Source: Actinomycetota bacterium
GTDB taxonomy: Bacteria; Actinomycetota; Thermoleophilia; Solirubrobacterales; JBBDJG01
Reading direction: 5' to 3'
Length of the DNA stretch: 55,184 nucleotides
NCBI GenBank assembly: GCA_046725795.1
Contig: JBKOZI010000003.1
Span: 1 to 55,184, forward strand
The notes under the pieces are model-generated. The model did not search any database. It was not told where the DNA came from and worked only from the letters and a program-made list of their open reading frames with translations. Made by a program: the position numbers and the translations under genes. This document shows positions 54,504-55,184 of this stretch, one piece after another (within the stretch, counting starts at the first letter, position 1; each line of letters starts with the position of its first letter).

Positions 54504-55184
54504 TCAGCTGCCGTGATGGTGGACGTGCGCCGAAGACTCCGCGAGCGACGTCCTCGCGACATCGATCAGCTTGCCTCCCACGCGAAGGCTGACGACCGCC
54601 CGTGTCCGGCGCGGCGACAAGCCTCGCGGCAGCAGCGCCCGGCAGATGAGCGTGCGGCCCTGCGGCGTGCGTACCCGGCAGCGGCCGATGAGACGCTTGC
54701 CCCTGAAGACGCGGACCCGGACCACGCCCGCGCGAAGCGACCGGAGTCCCACGATCACGGCACGCCCTTCCGTGCTGAGTGACACGTCCTCCAGATAGGA
54801 GGGCGAGCGGGCGCCGGCAGGGGCGGGCGCGAGCTGGCTCTCAATGGCCGGGGCGGGCTGCGGCGCCGGCGGATTCGTGATTGCGATCGTGACCTCGTTC
54901 GTGGCTCCCGAGGCGGCGGTCGTGGCGCGGATCGTCACACGGCCGGACGGCGGCGCCTGTGCCGGCGCGGTGTAGAGCCCCCAGCCGTCCACGGTTCCGG
55001 TTTCGGGCGTGCCGGCGTCGACACCGTCGACGCTCCAGTAGACGTAGGGGTCTTCACCCTGCACGCTCGCGAGCAACCGCGCGCTCGTGCCCGCCTGCAT
55101 GCTCGCGGGGGCCCCTGAGATCGCGACGCTCGGCGACACGCCGCCGACGTTGAGCATGACGGCCGCGGTCGCCGGGTATGAGGG
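54504..55184 (-). CDS. hypothetical protein with Ig-like (BIG2-type) N-terminal region; 5' end may lie beyond the window
   Basis: Track ORF 54504..55157. The frame stays open to the window edge (…PSYPATAAVMLNVGG…). The segment SVAISGAPASMQAGTSARLLASV...YTAP resembles bacterial Ig-like domains. Confidence 0.5.
   Translation of the reverse strand, partial: PSYPATAAVMLNVGGVSPSVAISGAPASMQAGTSARLLASVQGEDPYVYWSVDGVDAGTPETGTVDGWGLYTAPAQAPPSGRVTIRATTAASGATNEVTIAITNPPAPQPAPAIESQLAPAPAGARSPSYLEDVSLSTEGRAVIVGLRSLRAGVVRVRVFRGKRLIGRCRVRTPQGRTLICRALLPRGLSPRRTRAVVSLRVGGKLIDVARTSLAESSAHVHHHGS

Noticed and set aside
1-55184. Search for CRISPR arrays, tandem repeats, IS/transposon ends, integrases, toxin-antitoxin pairs or defence-island genes
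   Set aside because: I saw no repeat-spacer periodicity, no terminal inverted repeats flanking genes and no recombinase or nuclease-helicase defence signatures. GC content and codon bias look uniform apart from short intergenic dips.

Overview
This is a very GC-rich, densely coding segment with about 57 protein genes on both strands. It looks like a high-GC actinobacterial chromosome (inference from composition and protein content only). Many long ORFs in the supplied track are antisense or out-of-frame shadows of real genes. I found no rRNA, tRNA, CRISPR array, transposase, integrase, phage gene or recognisable defence gene, so this reads as ordinary chromosome rather than an island.

Gene content, left to right:
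- 1-5 kb: cytochrome P450 (cut by the window edge), divergent acyl-CoA synthetase, small hypotheticals, a lipoprotein, a truncated VOC remnant and a secreted beta-helix protein.
- 5-13 kb: TetR, a 420-470 nt structured non-coding region, Crp/Fnr-type regulator, FdhD, MFS transporter, Ser/Thr kinase with TPR tail, and an acyl-CoA carboxyltransferase.
- 13-18 kb: SDR, then a four-gene module of OmpR-type regulator, histidine kinase, FtsX permease and ABC ATPase.
- 18-26 kb: NYN protein, an alpha/beta hydrolase plus LLM oxidoreductase operon, 5'-3' exonuclease, lipase-like hydrolase, MBL-fold protein, DJ-1/PfpI, and a D-Cys desulfhydrase/ACC deaminase homologue coupled to MsrB.
- 26-31 kb: an orphan type IV pilin, a YcnI-type copper cluster and an AidB-like acyl-CoA dehydrogenase.
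- 31-38 kb: GGDEF + HD-GYP protein, NTF2-like protein, MpaB-like protein, lysyl-oxidase-like protein, FMO, VOC protein, carboxylesterase and a GNAT.
- 38-48 kb: divergent secreted penicillin-acylase-family and PHP-domain hydrolases, a DDN-type protein, a DHA2 MFS transporter and a large secreted hydrolase.
- 48-55 kb: GNAT, USP, two SnoaL-like paralogues, and several membrane or secreted hypotheticals.

I could not identify a convincing new multi-gene system. The observations most worth a second look are these:
1. Three genes whose conserved N-termini have no canonical start codon. In each case a CTG sits inside a CTGA stop-start overlap.
2. Short SD-bearing leader ORFs coupled by ATGA or GTGA overlaps to SD-less main genes.
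3. A TetR/Crp intergenic region with two convergent intrinsic terminators, a six-C loop and a thrice-repeated GGGAGTGG/CCACUCCC motif, which makes it a candidate small-RNA locus.
4. An SD-sequestering hairpin in front of the kinase gene.
5. A lysyl-oxidase-like protein that keeps the LTQ Lys/Tyr but only one of the three copper histidines.

All functional calls come from motif recognition by eye. No searches were run.
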